Below, one piece after another: positions 12,286 through 24,979 of a DNA stretch of 64,000 nucleotides. The notes under the pieces are model-generated. The model was given only the letters and a program-made list of their open reading frames with translations. It was not told where the DNA came from and made no database searches. Position numbers and translations under genes: made by a program. Origin of the DNA: Mobula hypostoma (taxonomy: Eukaryota); contig NC_086107.1 of assembly GCF_963921235.1 (NCBI RefSeq), positions 109,122,001-109,186,000 on the forward strand. The letters are read 5' to 3'. Numbering within the stretch: position 1 is the stretch's first letter; every line of letters starts with the position of its first letter.

Positions 12286-12544
12286 CACAAGAGGCTCTGC
12301 AGAAGCTGGAAGTCCAGAGCAACACACACAAATTGCTGGAGAGACTCAGCAAGTCAAGCAGTATCCATGGAGAAGTATAAATGATTATCGTTTCAGACTG
12401 AGATGTTGACTGTTTATTCCTCTCCACAGAGGTTTAGAAGGCTACGTGTCAAGCGTGTGCAGATAGGACCGGCTCTCTGGGAAACACAGTCAGTATGGAT
12501 GAGATGGGCCGAAGGGCCTGTTTCCATGCTCTATGACTCCAAAA

Positions 12545-13110
12545 CTTCAGAATCGGAATCGGGTTTAATATCACCGGGATATGTCATGAAATTTGTTGCG
12601 TTTGCAGCAGCAGTACAATGCAATACATAATAATCAGGAAAAAAACGTGAATTGCAGTAACTATATACTGTATGTAAACATGAATTATATATAAAATAGT
12701 TAAATTAAGTAAGTAGTGCAAAAATAGAAGTTAGAAAGTAGAGAGGTTGTGTTCATGGGTTCAATGTCCATTCAGAAATCAGATGGCAGAGGGGAAGAAG
12801 CTGTTCCTGAATGGCTGAGTGTTTGCCTTCAGACAAATGATGATCATTTAGACCTCTTTTTAAATGCTGCCTGACCTCCTTCCTGATGGTAACAATGAGA
12901 ACAAGGCATGACCAGGATGATGGGGATCTTAACAATGGACGCTGCCTTTTTGAGGCGTTGCTCCTTGAAGATGTCCTGGATACTACGGAAGCTAGTGCTC
13001 ATGATGGAGCTGACTAAGTTTACAACTCTCTGCGGCTTACTTTGATGTGCAGTAACCACACCCCCACCCCCATACCAGACAATAATGCAGCCAGTTAGAA
13101 TGCTCAGTGA
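12545..13110 (-). mobile_element. Rex1-like LINE 3-prime fragment
   Basis: ILTGCIIVWYG...QRVVNLVSSIM...IQDIFKEQRLKKAASIVK; (GATTCT)n tail. Confidence 0.8.
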
Positions 13111-13209
13111 AACCATCTCAAAACTTCAAGCCATCTTAAAAGTTCCTTCCCCCAGGCAGTTAATCTGGTCAACCATTCGAGTTAGCCCCCTACCAACCCC
13201 TTTATTGCC

Positions 13210-13580
13210 TCAAGTTCAAAGTCTGAAGTAAATTTTATGATCAAAGTACATAAACGTCATCATATACAACCCTGAGATTCATTTTCTTGTGAGCGTACTC
13301 TACAAATCTATAGAATAGTAACTATAACAGGATCAATGAAAGATCAACCAGAGTGCAGAAGACAACAAACTGTGCAAATGCAAATATAAATAAATGGCAA
13401 TAAATAATGAGAACATGAGATAAAGAGGCCTTAAAGTGAGATCATTGGTTGTGGAAACATCTCAATGATGGGGCAAGTGAGTGTAGTTATCCCCTTTTCA
13501 GGGGTGGTAACTGTTCTTGAACCTGGTGGTGCGAGTCCTGAGGCTCTTGTATCTTCTACCTGATGGCAGCAGCGAGAAAA
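13210..13580 (-). mobile_element. Rex1-like 3-prime UTR copy; others at 4798-5020, 11120-11310, 13945-14200, 17820-18995, 46145-46430, 47285-47515
   Basis: Recurring aagttcaaagt...caaccctgagattcattttc...agtccttaaagtgag block. Confidence 0.8.
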
Positions 13581-14324
13581 GGTGGTGAGGATATCTGAAG
13601 ATGTCTTTATCCAAACCTCTCCTAAATGTTGAAATTGGAACATTTGAATAAATGACGTATTTAAGTATTTCTTTCAGCTAGAGGCAAAGAGATCCTTGAT
13701 AAAGCAAGGAGTTAAAAAGTTGCGGCAGCTAGACAAAAATGTGAGGGTTGTGGTTATAATTAATTGAAACGTAATACCATTGAAAATAGGAGAGGTGTTT
13801 AAGTCAAGTGGCCAGCTCCTCCTGTTAAGTTATTAGCTTGTAAGTATGCAGTCAGTGGCCATTTTACCTCCTGTACCTAATCAAAGAATTTCAGGATGTA
13901 TATTGCATATATTTCTCTGACTTTAAATTGATCCTATTGAACATGTATGTCACCATAAACAACCCTGAGATTCGATTTCTTGCGGGCATACTCATTAAAT
14001 CCATTCTAGAATAATAACCATAATAGAATCAATGAAAGACCACATCAACTTGGGTGTTCAACCAGTGTGTAAAAGACACCAAATTGTGTAAATAGCAAAA
14101 AGAAAGGAATAATAGATAAACAAGCAGTAAATATCGAGAAGAAGAGATGAAGAGTCCTTGAAAGTGAGTCCATAGGTTTTGGGAACATTTCAACGATGGG
14201 GCATGTCCCCACATCCTATGAACTCAATATGTGTGTGACAAATAAAACTCATCTATCTTTAATCTTTATATCTCCCTTACACAACATAAATATGTGTTTC
14301 ACCTGGACAACTGTGGTTTCCGCT

Positions 14325-14590
14325 CTATCAAAAGAGTTTGTACGCTCTCCCTGTGACTGCGTAGGTTTCCTCCGGGTGCTCTGGTTTCCTCCCATGTTCC
14401 AAAGACGTACAGCTAGGGTTAGTGAGTTGTGGACACGCTGTGCTGGTGCCACAAGAGTGGCAACACTTGCAGCTGCCCCCTGCACAATCCTCAGGCTCTG
14501 GTGGCCATTGACGCACGAGGCGCATTTCACTGTATGGTTTGCTGTTTTGATATATGTAGACAAATAAGGCTAATCTTTAATCTTTAAATC
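14325..14590 (+). mobile_element. V-domain SINE (HE1-like); many copies, e.g. 14715-14930(-), 16790-17015, 33705-33895, 47600-47760(-), 55110-55305, 55440-55670, 63400-63975
   Basis: Central domain ggtttcctccgggtgctc(c/t)ggtttcctccca..tccaaagac. Confidence 0.85.
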
Positions 14591-15544
14591 TCGCCCAGCT
14601 CTTTGGATGCAGGACCAATTGCCATACCAGGTACAAAGTGAGCAATTTAGTCCGGAACCATGGACCTAATGGAGATACTTAAGAATGCAGATGCCAGAAT
14701 CTGCATTCACAAACAATCCGCCAGTGTCGCCACGCTTCTGACGGCAACAAAGCACGCCCACAACTTGGTAACCCTAATCCTAACAGCCTTTGGAATGTGG
14801 AAGCAAACTGGAACACCCGGAGGAAACCCACATGGTGATGGGGAGAACACACAGTCTCTGTACAGACAGCGGCAGAAATTGAACCCTGGTCACTGGCACT
14901 ACAAGGCATTACAGTCGCTGCTCCGCTCAGTACCTAGCTCCAAACTTAAGAGAAAGTGATAGGGAAAACTCTGGGAAAGTGGAAGAGATACTCAGCAAGT
15001 CAGGCAGCATCTGCAGAGAAGGGAATTGCCATGTACCATTCAGCTAAGTCTTCTAAGTATACAGTAACAGACTACAACAAACTCAGAGTGGATCAAATTA
15101 TAAGCATTTTCATTACTTGCAAGGGAAGTCTACCTCCATAAGTTATGTCTTTAGAAAGCTTCGATCTTACAGCTCAAAGCAGATCATTTATGTATCCACA
15201 GAGTCCAGTGAGCTTCATGTCTTTGAGGTTGTTCCTTTCTTTAATTGCATTCCTGCCTTTTCTCGCATCTGTCTTAAATGAGCCACATTTCTCTTTTAGG
15301 CTCCCCCAACTGCACCTCCCAACAGACATGTCCTGTTTTTCTCTGTTTTCAATCACGCAGTGTCAAAACACTCCCTGCTATAAATCACAGAGCCTGCAAG
15401 CTTCCCATCCAAACACATCAACAAGCCAGCAAAGCACTCTGGGGGTCACACGGGTTCCATTTTGTCACATTGCATTTTACAACAGTTATAAATTCCCTGT
15501 CTTCAGGGTTACAGATGTATTTCCACAAAACATAGTGCTTAAAG

Positions 15545-16390
15545 AAAAGTTCAAAGATTGAAAGTACATTTATTACCAATGTATACAGTATAAAACTTTG
15601 GGATTCTTCTCGCAGGCAAAACAAAGAAACACAATAGAACCCATTTAACAAAAAAACCCCACTCAACAAGACTATTAAACACACAATGTGCAAAACAAAA
15701 GGAGAAAGAACACATTGCGCAAAGAATAAAAAGTAAACAAGTAACATTAACCGCGGCACTGCGCTGATGGCCACAGGCCGTAGCTGCAGAGTCAGCTCAG
15801 TTCAGCACCGAAGCGCCCTGATCAAATCACGCAAATAACAAAAAAAAAAGAAGTAAACAAAGACATGAGGAACGTGAACTGCAGGGTTCCTGAAAGTGAA
15901 TCGACAGCTGTGGAGCCAGTTTATCGCTGAGGCGAGTGAAGCCTGCACAGAAGCCAGCCACACCCAAACCCAGCAGCATGGGACCCAAGACTCCTGCACC
16001 TTCTGCCCACTGGCTGCAGTGAGTAAAGACTGGTCAAATGCAGGCAGGCAGCACTGATTGCCAATTCATTTTCCGTTCTCATACTCGGTTATTTTAATCT
16101 TGATCGACATTTAATCGTCGTGGAGCAATGAAGACACCCTTGGGTTCGTGGACTGCCATTAGGAACTGATGCGGTGTAAACCCCATTGTAGCTGTAGCAA
16201 ATCCCCTGGAAGATCACAGAAGAGCCATGTCGTTCAGTGGACACAAAAATACATTCTTAGAAGAATAATTGCAGGCTGCAATCAATCGTAGTTCAGAAGA
16301 AGAAGTATATTTAGAAGAGGAAGAGTATCTAGTAGTTTTGTAAGCTGTCTGCAAGATGTCACCATTGGTCACTGGTGCTATCTTGCCAGA
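15545..16390 (-). mobile_element. Non-coding element with AAGAT(A/G)GC head and Rex1-like TTTGAAC tail; related to 6190-6667(+)
   Basis: Shares ctgaactga / tgaatc.cagagtt / aatgtactttcaatctttgaac blocks with 6190-6667. Confidence 0.55.
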
Positions 16391-17016
16391 AAGTAGAGGG
16401 CTATGTGGGAGAGAAGGGGAAGTTTGAACTTGGATTAGGATAAAAAGGGCAACACAACATTGTGAGCCAAAGAAGCTGTACTTTGCTGTACTGGTGTATG
16501 TTCTATGTTAACTTCTGGCTTGTCAACCTCCCACCAGAACAGGAGAAAACAATTGTGCTAGAAGTGCAGAGAGGGATGGAGGGGTGGCTAGGACAAAGAG
16601 AAGGTCTATGAGAGGGTGGAGAGCACAGTCGTCCACGTGACACGCGTTGGTGCCGTGTTGGAGAGCATGGTGAATGTCAATTCGTTGGAGCTGATCTCTC
16701 TGAGGGGGGTGAATGAAGGCAGTGGAGAGAGGGAGATAAGACACACAACAGCTGAGGGGATGCAGAATCCAACTGTTGGTGGAATTTAACGTAGCAGTAA
16801 TTGTAACACTATGACAGAGCTAGTGACCGAGTTCAGTTCCTCCCTTGTCTGTAAGGAGTTTGTACGTTCTCCACATGTCCACGTGGGCTTCCTCCAGATG
16901 CTCTGGTTTCCTCCCACATTCCAAAGTTAGTATATTAATTGGTCACATGGGTGGAATTGGGTGGTGCAAGCCCATCAGGCTTGAGTGGACTGTTACCCTG
17001 CTGTGTCTCTAAACAC

Positions 17017-17517
17017 AGTGGAGAGTTTCCTGACTGGTTACATCATGGGCCCCCTATGGAAATGCCAATTCCCAGGAATGGACATGCTCTACAGGAAGCA
17101 GTAGACTAAGTTTGTCCTGTCACAGCAAAGTCCATCATTGAGCAAGGAGCACCGCCAATGCACCCATCATCAAGCAGCCCCAATGTCCAGTCTATACTCT
17201 CCTCTCCCTACTGCCATCGGGCAGGACGTACAGGAGCATTGGGTTCCACACCACCAGGTTCAGGAACAGTTATTGCCCTCTAACCATCAGGCTCCATAAC
17301 TTCATTCACCACAACACTGAACTGATTCCACAACCTCTCATGTTTTGTAACTTCGAATTATTCAATTAATTCAAAGGAAGGCACAGGAGTCTGGGAAAGT
17401 GGGTCTAACTTTGTGTTTACTTTAAGTAGGACACACAAGTATCACATGGTGGTGTGATAACATATGCAATTCACGTATTCACACATATAACCACTAATGA
17501 ATATGTGTATATATATA

Positions 17518-17556
<39 letters not shown>

Positions 17557-17820
17557 ATATATATATATATATATATACATAAGATTATTCAAATCTACTG
17601 GAATATTAAATACACGACACAACCTACAGACTCACTTTCAAGGACATTTTATAGCTCATGTTTTCAGTATTCTTTTTATTTACACAATTTGTCTTCTTTT
17701 GCACATTGGTTGTTTGTCCGTCTTTGTCTATGTATAGTTTTTCATAAATCCTATAGTATTTCTTTATTTTCCAGTAAATACCTGTGAGAAAATGAATCTC
17801 AACATAATATATGGTAACAC
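17017..17820 (+). mobile_element. Rex1-like LINE 3-prime fragment hosting an LTR-like insertion
   Basis: TVESFLTGYIM...LLPSGRTYRS remnant and family UTR. Confidence 0.75.
17336..17619 (-). mobile_element. Probable solo LTR with internal (TA)n(TG)n microsatellite
   Basis: 5-bp duplication caacc on both sides; minus strand starts TGTCGTGTA and ends near TTACAAAACA; interrupts a Rex1 UTR that is contiguous in other copies. Confidence 0.6.
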
Positions 17821-18034
17821 ATCCATCATCAGCGATCCCCACCACCCAGGCCAAGCTCTCTTCTCACTGCTGCCATCAGGTAGAAGGTACAGGAGCCACA
17901 GGACTCGCACCACCAGGTTCAAGAACAGTTATTACCCCTGAACCATCAGGCTCTTGAACAAATGGGGATAACTTCACTCACTTGCGCATCTATTGAGATG
18001 TTCCCACAACCAATGATCTCACTTTAAGGACTCT

Positions 18035-18780
18035 TCAAAGGTTCATTTATTATCTAAGTGTACAACTCAAAATTCTTCTCCGGGTAGCCATGAAACCAAG
18101 AAAGAAAGGAAAGGCAGCATGATCTTCAACCCCTCCCCCAAATGTCCCCTCCCCACACAAAAAATGACCAAAAACAGAACAGGCATATCAACCCCCAAAT
18201 CCCACCTCCCGCACAAAAAAGCAAACAAAGCAGAACAGGCACATCAAACCCCAAACCCTCCTCCTGCACAAAAAACATTGGAAAAATTGGGTGAAAAACA
18301 CAGAATATAAAAACTATAAGGCTGAAAAAAAAGTCTATAGTCCAAGTCCACATCCAAAATGCAGAAAACCTGGACAACACACTTCAGGCCCAGCGGCAGA
18401 ACTTTCCCTCTCCGTAGCAGAGCCATCAAGAGACAGGCAGCCGGCGCTCACCCTCCGCACTCGCCTCGCCGTTTCAATCTCCCTCGTCACTTCAATCAGT
18501 GAGCGGAGCAGAAGCTTGAGCCCCATCCTGCAGGCTTCTCGCCACGAGGTTTGCGTATGCCGTCTCTGTCTCCCAGAATCCTGTGGGAGACTACAGAGCG
18601 CTCGAACACCCAAGTGATTCCAAACGGTAAATCACAGGCTCCAACAGTCCCAGAATCACATCCAAGGCAAAAAAAAAACATAAAAGACATAGAAGAAGTG
18701 AAATATATGGTTTCATGAACTATCCAGGAGATGTTGCCTGAAGAATCATTGTACGCAGGCGCCATCTTGACTGAATGACC
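18035..18780 (-). mobile_element. Non-coding non-autonomous retroelement nested in Rex1 UTR; partial relatives at 24095-24520, 19460-19597, 25760-25850
   Basis: Head tcaagatggcgcc, internal aa(a)ccccaaa repeats, tail aataaatgaacctttgaa; host resumes at about 18790. Confidence 0.65.
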
Positions 18781-21587
18781 CAATTGAAGGTCTTTATCTC
18801 ATTATCTCATGTTCTCGTTCTTTATTGCTATTTATTTATATTTGCATTTGCACAGTTTGTTGTCTTCTGCACTCTGGTTGATCTTTCATTGATCCTGTTA
18901 TAGTTACTATTCTATAGATTTATTGAGTATGCCCGCAGGAAAATGATATACGGCGATACATATGAACTTTGATAATAGAGTTTACTTTGAACTTTGATAC
19001 ACATTTCGATAATAAATTTTGCTTTGACTATGACTTTGCAATAAGTAAATTAAATTAAATTAAATTCAAAGAGGATTGCTGGATCTGCTCAGCAAATCAG
19101 GCAGTATCTGCAGAGAGGGAAATACCAAATAGCGTTACAGTTGGATGGCCATACATCAGAACTGCCCATTTCTAGCACAAACAGGAAAGAATGGTTACCA
19201 TGTTCTAAATTGGTTATGACCCAATGCACTCTTGCAGATTACGTCCCACTACAGAAAGCTGACAGCTGTATTAAGATCCGTTAAGAGGCTCATAAAATTA
19301 AGAGAGGCATAACAGAGTAAAAAGGGTGGAAATGTTGAATACTAAGGGATATATCATTGTAGTAGGAGGAAAGTTTAAGGGACATGTGCGGGGCAATTTT
19401 TTAACAAAGAAAAAGGTACGTGCTTGAACAGCCTACCAGGGGGTATTCATAGTTCAAACTACATATCAAAGTACTAAGTTGATGTTTTTCTTTGAATGTC
19501 TTCAATAGTTTTCTTTGTTTCATGGCTATCTGGAGAAGGTGAATCTCAGAGTTGTATACTGCATACACACTCTTATAATAAATGAAGCTTTGAACCTTGC
19601 ATATGTCACCATATATTACTCTGAGATTCATTTGCTTGCAGGCATTCAAAGCAGAAAAATAAATCTAGTATTTACAGAAGGCACCGTGAAACATATTGTA
19701 CAGTGAAATGTGTGTCAGTGACTAACACAGTTCGAGGATGTGCTAGGGGCAGCTCACAAGTATCACCAATGTAGCATACCTATCCAACATAGTGAGATTA
19801 AGGAACTTTTAGGTAGACTCCTGAACCCTACTGGATATTGGGAGGTCTAAATAGAGTGGACGTGGAGATGATTTTTACAGTAGTGGGAGTCTAGGACCAG
19901 AGCAAACAGCCTCCAGAGATGAAGGGGAATTCCTTGAGCTAGGGGGTGGTGAATCTGTGGAATTCATTGCCCCAGATGGCAGTGGAGGCCAAGTCACTGG
20001 GTGCATTTAAAGCAGAGGTTTTTGATTAGTCAGGTTGCCAAAGATTACAGGGAGAAGGCAGGAGAATGGGGTTGAGAGGGATAATAAATCAGCCATGATG
20101 AAATGACAGAGCAGATTGAATGGGCCAAATAGCCAAATTCTGCTTCTATGTCTTACAGTATTATAGACTGGAGGGGTTCGGATCATGTGCGAAGAGAGGA
20201 GATTATTTAGAATTGGAATTGTATTTGTTATTACTGATTTAGATATTGTGATATTAGTTGATTTAGTGCAGCTGTACAGTGTGAAGAAGGTGTTATATTC
20301 GATATGAAAATGTGAACTGTCTTTGAAATGAGCTTTTCAACAGTGAACCCTGCATGACTTTTCGAACATAAAGTCTCCAATTCCCTTCTGGGGCAACAGA
20401 GAGCAGGAGCCACAGTTTGTCCCTGTCTGAAACAATTGTGACTGAGTGAGGGCCCCCCCGCACCCCGTCCGTCCATCACGGTCGACCGTGGATGTTGCTG
20501 TGCACAGACAGGCAAATGCATTCTCTGCATTGCAACACTCACTCCAGAAGTATTTGGTGGGGTGTACTACATCGGAGGTGCCAGGGGCTATAAGAATCCG
20601 AGCGTTTTTAAATATAAATACTGTTGGGTGTGTCAATGTGCAGCCCAGAGGCAGCAAATACTTATTGAGTGCCAGGTGCTTTTTAACATTCCTCTGCTCA
20701 GATTTAGGCTTGCGCTGCCCTGCTTTTGTCCGCCTGCCTTTCGTGCTCGCAGTGGCTAATGACTGGGTTCCAACCTGCCCGGACTTGGCCTGGTTCCGAC
20801 GGAGATGCCCCACCCTCCACACGCTGCTGGGGCTCATTCTTCACTGGATCAAGGCGCCCAGGCAGCTAAAACTCCAAAGTCTGCACCCCACCCTGACTGT
20901 TGGCTACTTGTTAGACCGCAAGAAGATTGGGACTGTTTCACAGTGTTTTCAGCATTAGAAAATGAAGAGCGTAGTATGGTGTTTGATATTATTAAAGTAG
21001 CAAAGTGGTGGAAGGTTCCATGGTATCGTAGCATTTTGTGCTACGCTATCACAGCTTGGGGCTTCGGAATTCAGAGTTCAATCCCGGCATCCTCTGTAAG
21101 AAGTCTTGTACAACCTCCCCGTCGTTTTCTCTGAGCCCTCCCATTTCCTCCCACAGTTCAAAGGGTAGAGGGAGCTTCACTCCATGTTTAATCAATACTC
21201 TCCTTGATCCTGGAGTGTGTGATGGGACAGTGTAGAGGGAAAATCCACTCTGTATCGAACACGTGCTGTCACGGCTCTGGGAGTGTGTGGCGGGACAGTG
21301 CAGAGTGAGCTTTACTCTGTGTTAGTGGGTAAATTGGTCATTGTAACCTGTCCTGCGATTGTGCCAGGGTTAAACCGGGGCTGTCGGGGGTTGCTGGACG
21401 GTGTGGCTCGAAGGGCTGGAAGGGTTTATTCTGTGTTATATATTTCTAAATAAATTTTAAATTTTAAAAATGCTCTTGGGATCACGTCAGACTTTCCAAG
21501 AGCAGGGACACTGTGGTTCAGATACAGAGTAAAACTCCCTCCACAGGGACAGTATGGGTGACATAGATCGTGAAACTCCTTCTATAC

Positions 21588-22227
21588 CAGGGGTTCCACC
21601 CTGGGTCCCTGCATCTGTGCAGGTGCGTCGAGCTGCAGCTCCTTAGGGACGGGGTTAGGGAACCTCACTACAGGAAGTATATGGAAACTATAGAAAGGGT
21701 GCAGGGGAGATTTACAAGGATGTTGCCTGGATTGGGGAACATGCCTCATGAGAATAGGTTGAGTAAACTTGGCTTTTTCTCCTTGGAGCGGCGGAAGATG
21801 AGAGGTGACCTGACAGAGATGTATAAGCTGATGAGGGGTATTCATCGTGTGGATAGTCGGAGGCTTTTTCCCAGGGCTGAAATAACTAGCATGAGAGGGC
21901 ACAGTTTTAAAGTGCTTGGAAGTAAGTACAGAGGAGATGTCAGGGGTATGTTTTTTACGCAGAGAGTGGTGAGTGCGTGGAATGGGCTGCCGGCAACGGT
22001 GGTGGAGGCAGATACGATAGGGTCTTTTAAGAGACTTCTGGATAGGTACATGGAGCTTAGAAAAATACAGAGCTATGGGTAACCCTAGGGTAATTTCTAA
22101 AGTAAGTACATGTTCGCCACAGCATTGTGGGCTGAAGGGGCTGTATTGTGCCGTACGTTTTCTGTGTTCTTTGGACGCCTTGGTTAATGATAGGGGTCCA
22201 TGGCATAAAAAAGATTGGGAACCCCTG
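21588..22227. mobile_element. hAT-Charlie-type MITE split by a CR1 insertion (about 21660-22170, +)
   Basis: TIR CAGGGGTTCC...GGAACCCCTG; TSD ttctatac/ttctattc; CR1 ORF remnant ERVQGRFTRMLPGL...FFTQRVVSAWNGLP; uninterrupted 82-bp sister at 51585-51666 (TSD ttctaagg/tcctaagg). Confidence 0.85.
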
Positions 22228-22235
22228 TTCTATTC

Positions 22236-22460
22236 TGTCCCGTCACACACTCCCAGGGCTGGGCCAAGTTAGATACAGAGTGAAGCTCCCTCTACACTGT
22301 CCCGTCACACACTGCCAGGACAGGGACAGCATGGGTTAGATACAGAGTGAAGCTCCCTCTACCCTGTCCCATCACACACTGCCAGGACAGGGACAGCATG
22401 GGTTAGATACAGAGTGAAGCTCCCTCTACACTGTCCCGTCACACACTGCCAGGACAGCGA
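22236..22460 (+). repeat. 67-bp minisatellite, about 3 units; degenerate units at 21500-21587(+) and 21165-21325(-)
   Basis: Unit gggttagatacagagtgaagctccctctacactgtcccgtcacacactgccaggacagggacagcat. Confidence 0.9.
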
Positions 22461-22563
22461 CTGTATTTCTTGGGTACAGGTCCTCCGCGCCCCCCCCCCA
22501 TCTAGTCCATTTCAGGGTTCACAGCACTCCTGCTCACTCTTAGTCTCCACTGCGTCCTCTCCT

Positions 22564-22577
22564 GCCACCAGGGGGAG
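22564..22577 (+). promoter_or_regulatory. Candidate CTCF site
   Basis: gCCACCAGGGGGAG matches the CCACCAGGGGGCG core in non-repeat sequence. Confidence 0.4.
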
Positions 22578-23474
22578 GAGGCATCCTGAGGGACTGCTCA
22601 ATGCCCAGCTCCATGGGACAGCCGACTGCGTCTCTTTGCCCTTCGGCAGTGTGCGGTGCCACACCCGAAAATGGGGCGCGATCTGAAGAACTGCTCCAAA
22701 TCCTAGACCACCCTTTGCCTATCGGCAGCCCAGGATGGTGGGGCTACCTCGAGTCCTCAACCCCTTCCCCTCTGCCTCGTGTAACCTTCCCATTTGGGGC
22801 ATGGTCGCTTTGCGCTAAGGTTAGCGAGTTGTGGGCATGCTATGTTAGTGTCAATTGCGGGGTATCTGGCACAATCCTCACATTAGCGCATTTCACCGTA
22901 TGTTTGAATGTGCATCTGACAAATAAAGCTAATCTCTATCTTCCTCTTGCTTTGTTATAATTTTACCTTATTCTAGCTCCATAAACTGTGTAATGATCTG
23001 ATCTGTATGAACAGTAAGCAAGACAAACTTTTCACTGTATCTTGATACATGTATCAATAAAAAAAAACCATAAAATTAAATTTTGGAAGTCTGGGGGACT
23101 GAGGGCTATTGGGAACTGGCACAGAGGAGGAGTTAAGGCCTAGGGCACATCAGCAATTACACTGGAGGGAAGGCCAGGCCTGAGGGGCAGAATGGCCTTC
23201 TCCTCTTCTTTGTGTTCTTGAGGTACAAAGGCCACAGGAGGTTAGATGCAGAGTAAATCTCCAAACTTGCCTCACGATAGACTTCAGCCCAGAATCTGAT
23301 CCTTACCCTCTTGTCTTGGTTCAAGACTGTGATTAATCCATCACGAGTACACGACCACACCCATTTCATGGTGACATCACTTGGCCAAACTTGACTTGGT
23401 TTTCAGACAATGGGTGTGAGCTGGATGGGGAGTTGAGGACGCCGACGTGCCATCTCGCCTCCCCAACTCTAGGT

Positions 23475-24693
23475 TGGTGGTTCTCAGCGTGGGTCATACA
23501 GTTCCCCAGGGGGCCATGCCAGATTTCATAGGGCCCACAAGTTAAAAAACCACAAACTAGAGGCAGCAGGAACTTCTGAACGGGCCTTGATGAGTTTACC
23601 GTTCTAATGAATTATTACTCAAATATATAAATAAAAAAGAAATTAACATATGTAATTTAACTGAATGAAATGCGAAAATATGCAAGATTATGCAAATGAG
23701 GCAACAAAGCAGCTTAGCCTGTGTGTGTGTGTGTGTGTGTGAGGGGTGGGAGGTGGGGGGGAGTGTAGTCGTATGGCACGTCAATCATTATCTGTCTCTC
23801 CCTCTTGACCACACACGCAATCACCGTTGACATTCTGCTGGACAGTCCGTTGAACCTCGCTCCACATTGACCCCCACCCCCCCAGTCACAAACTGCAGAT
23901 GGGGCGGGACTGTCTCCAGCAAGGTCAGTCAGCAACTATGCAGCAGGAGGCTGGATTTGTTTGCCTTCCACTGACCCGTGCGTTTTGTAATAAGAGCTTT
24001 GAAGTAGTTTTGTTTTTCATATACACCTGAAACATTATATTTAACATATAAAAATACATATAACATAAAAATTGATTGTATATAAGAACAATAAGGGTTC
24101 AAAGGTTCATTTATTATCAAAGTATATATGCAGTTTACAACGCTGAGATTCGCCTTCTCCAGATAGCCACAAAACAAAGAAAAGCCATGGAGGTTGTTTA
24201 AAGAAAAACATCAAACCCACCCTCCTCCCCACAAAAAAAGAACACCACCAACATGATTTTCAAGCCCCAAACCCCTTCCCCTCGCAGAAAATGTATCAAG
24301 AACATCAACCCCTAAACCCCCCCTCCCCTTCACAAGAAAACTAACAACACAACAAGAACAGTGATCTGCAAACCACCCCCCCTCACAAAAAACACAACAA
24401 GATCATCAACTCCCCCAAGCCCCCTTCCCTCACACAACAAAACAGAAAGGAATGGGTGAAAAACACAGAATATAAAAACCATACATCTGAAAAAGTGCAC
24501 AATCCATAAATTAGTACAAAGTTCAAAGTAAATTAATTATCAAAGTGCATCTATGTCACCATATACAACTCTCAGAATCATTTGACCAAAAACCACTTAA
24601 CAGCTAACTAACAGAGACTATGTAGAGTGGGGGCCACAGAGTTAACGGAAAGTCACAAGTGACCCACAGGCAGAAAAAGTTTGAGAACCACTG
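23475..24693. mobile_element. hAT-Charlie-type non-autonomous element with nested retroelement fragments
   Basis: Ends (tg)GTGGTTCTCA...TTGAGAACCACTG; perfect 8-bp TSD ctctaggt, similar to the NTCTAGAN Charlie target. Confidence 0.9.
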
Positions 24694-24848
24694 CTCTAGG
24701 TAACAAGTAACTCAAAGTTCACAAGAGCCCACCACTGGGAAGTTTGGCTGATTCAGGTCTGGTACATCCAAGGGGAGAGGGGTCTCCTGAGTTTGCCCCC
24801 GCTGGCTTCCAGTTTGTTCTGTCAGCTCATGTTGATTCTCTTCCACAG

Positions 24849-24979
24849 AACCTGAATGGGCTTCGACCACGCTCGGAATCTTCATTTGCCTCAACTGTTC
24901 GGGGATCCATCGGAACATTCCGGATGTTAGCGTCATCAAATCACTCCTCCTGGACCCTTGGAATGATTCCCAAATTCAG
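24849..24979 (+). CDS. ADAP1: ADAP1-like (centaurin-alpha) coding exon, ArfGAP zinc-finger second half (equivalent to exon 2)
   Basis: ttccacag|AA CCT...ATT CAG|gtaag; 131 bp; translates (E)PEWASTTLGIFICLNCSGIHRNIPDVSVIKSLLLDPWNDSQIQ with ArfGAP W, CxxC, catalytic R (CSGIHR) and LD motif. Missed by the ORF track. Confidence 0.95.

Noticed and set aside
15145..15561. 138-aa ORF with a hydrophobic stretch (also the 170-aa ORFs at 20446 and 38040)
   Set aside because: No recognisable family or splice support; 38040 is antisense to an RTE-derived repeat
22414..22960. LLNAQLHGTADC and the adjacent ORF as ADAP1 exon 1
   Set aside because: No CxxC and no suitable phase-1 donor; the ORFs start in minisatellite or run into SINE sequence
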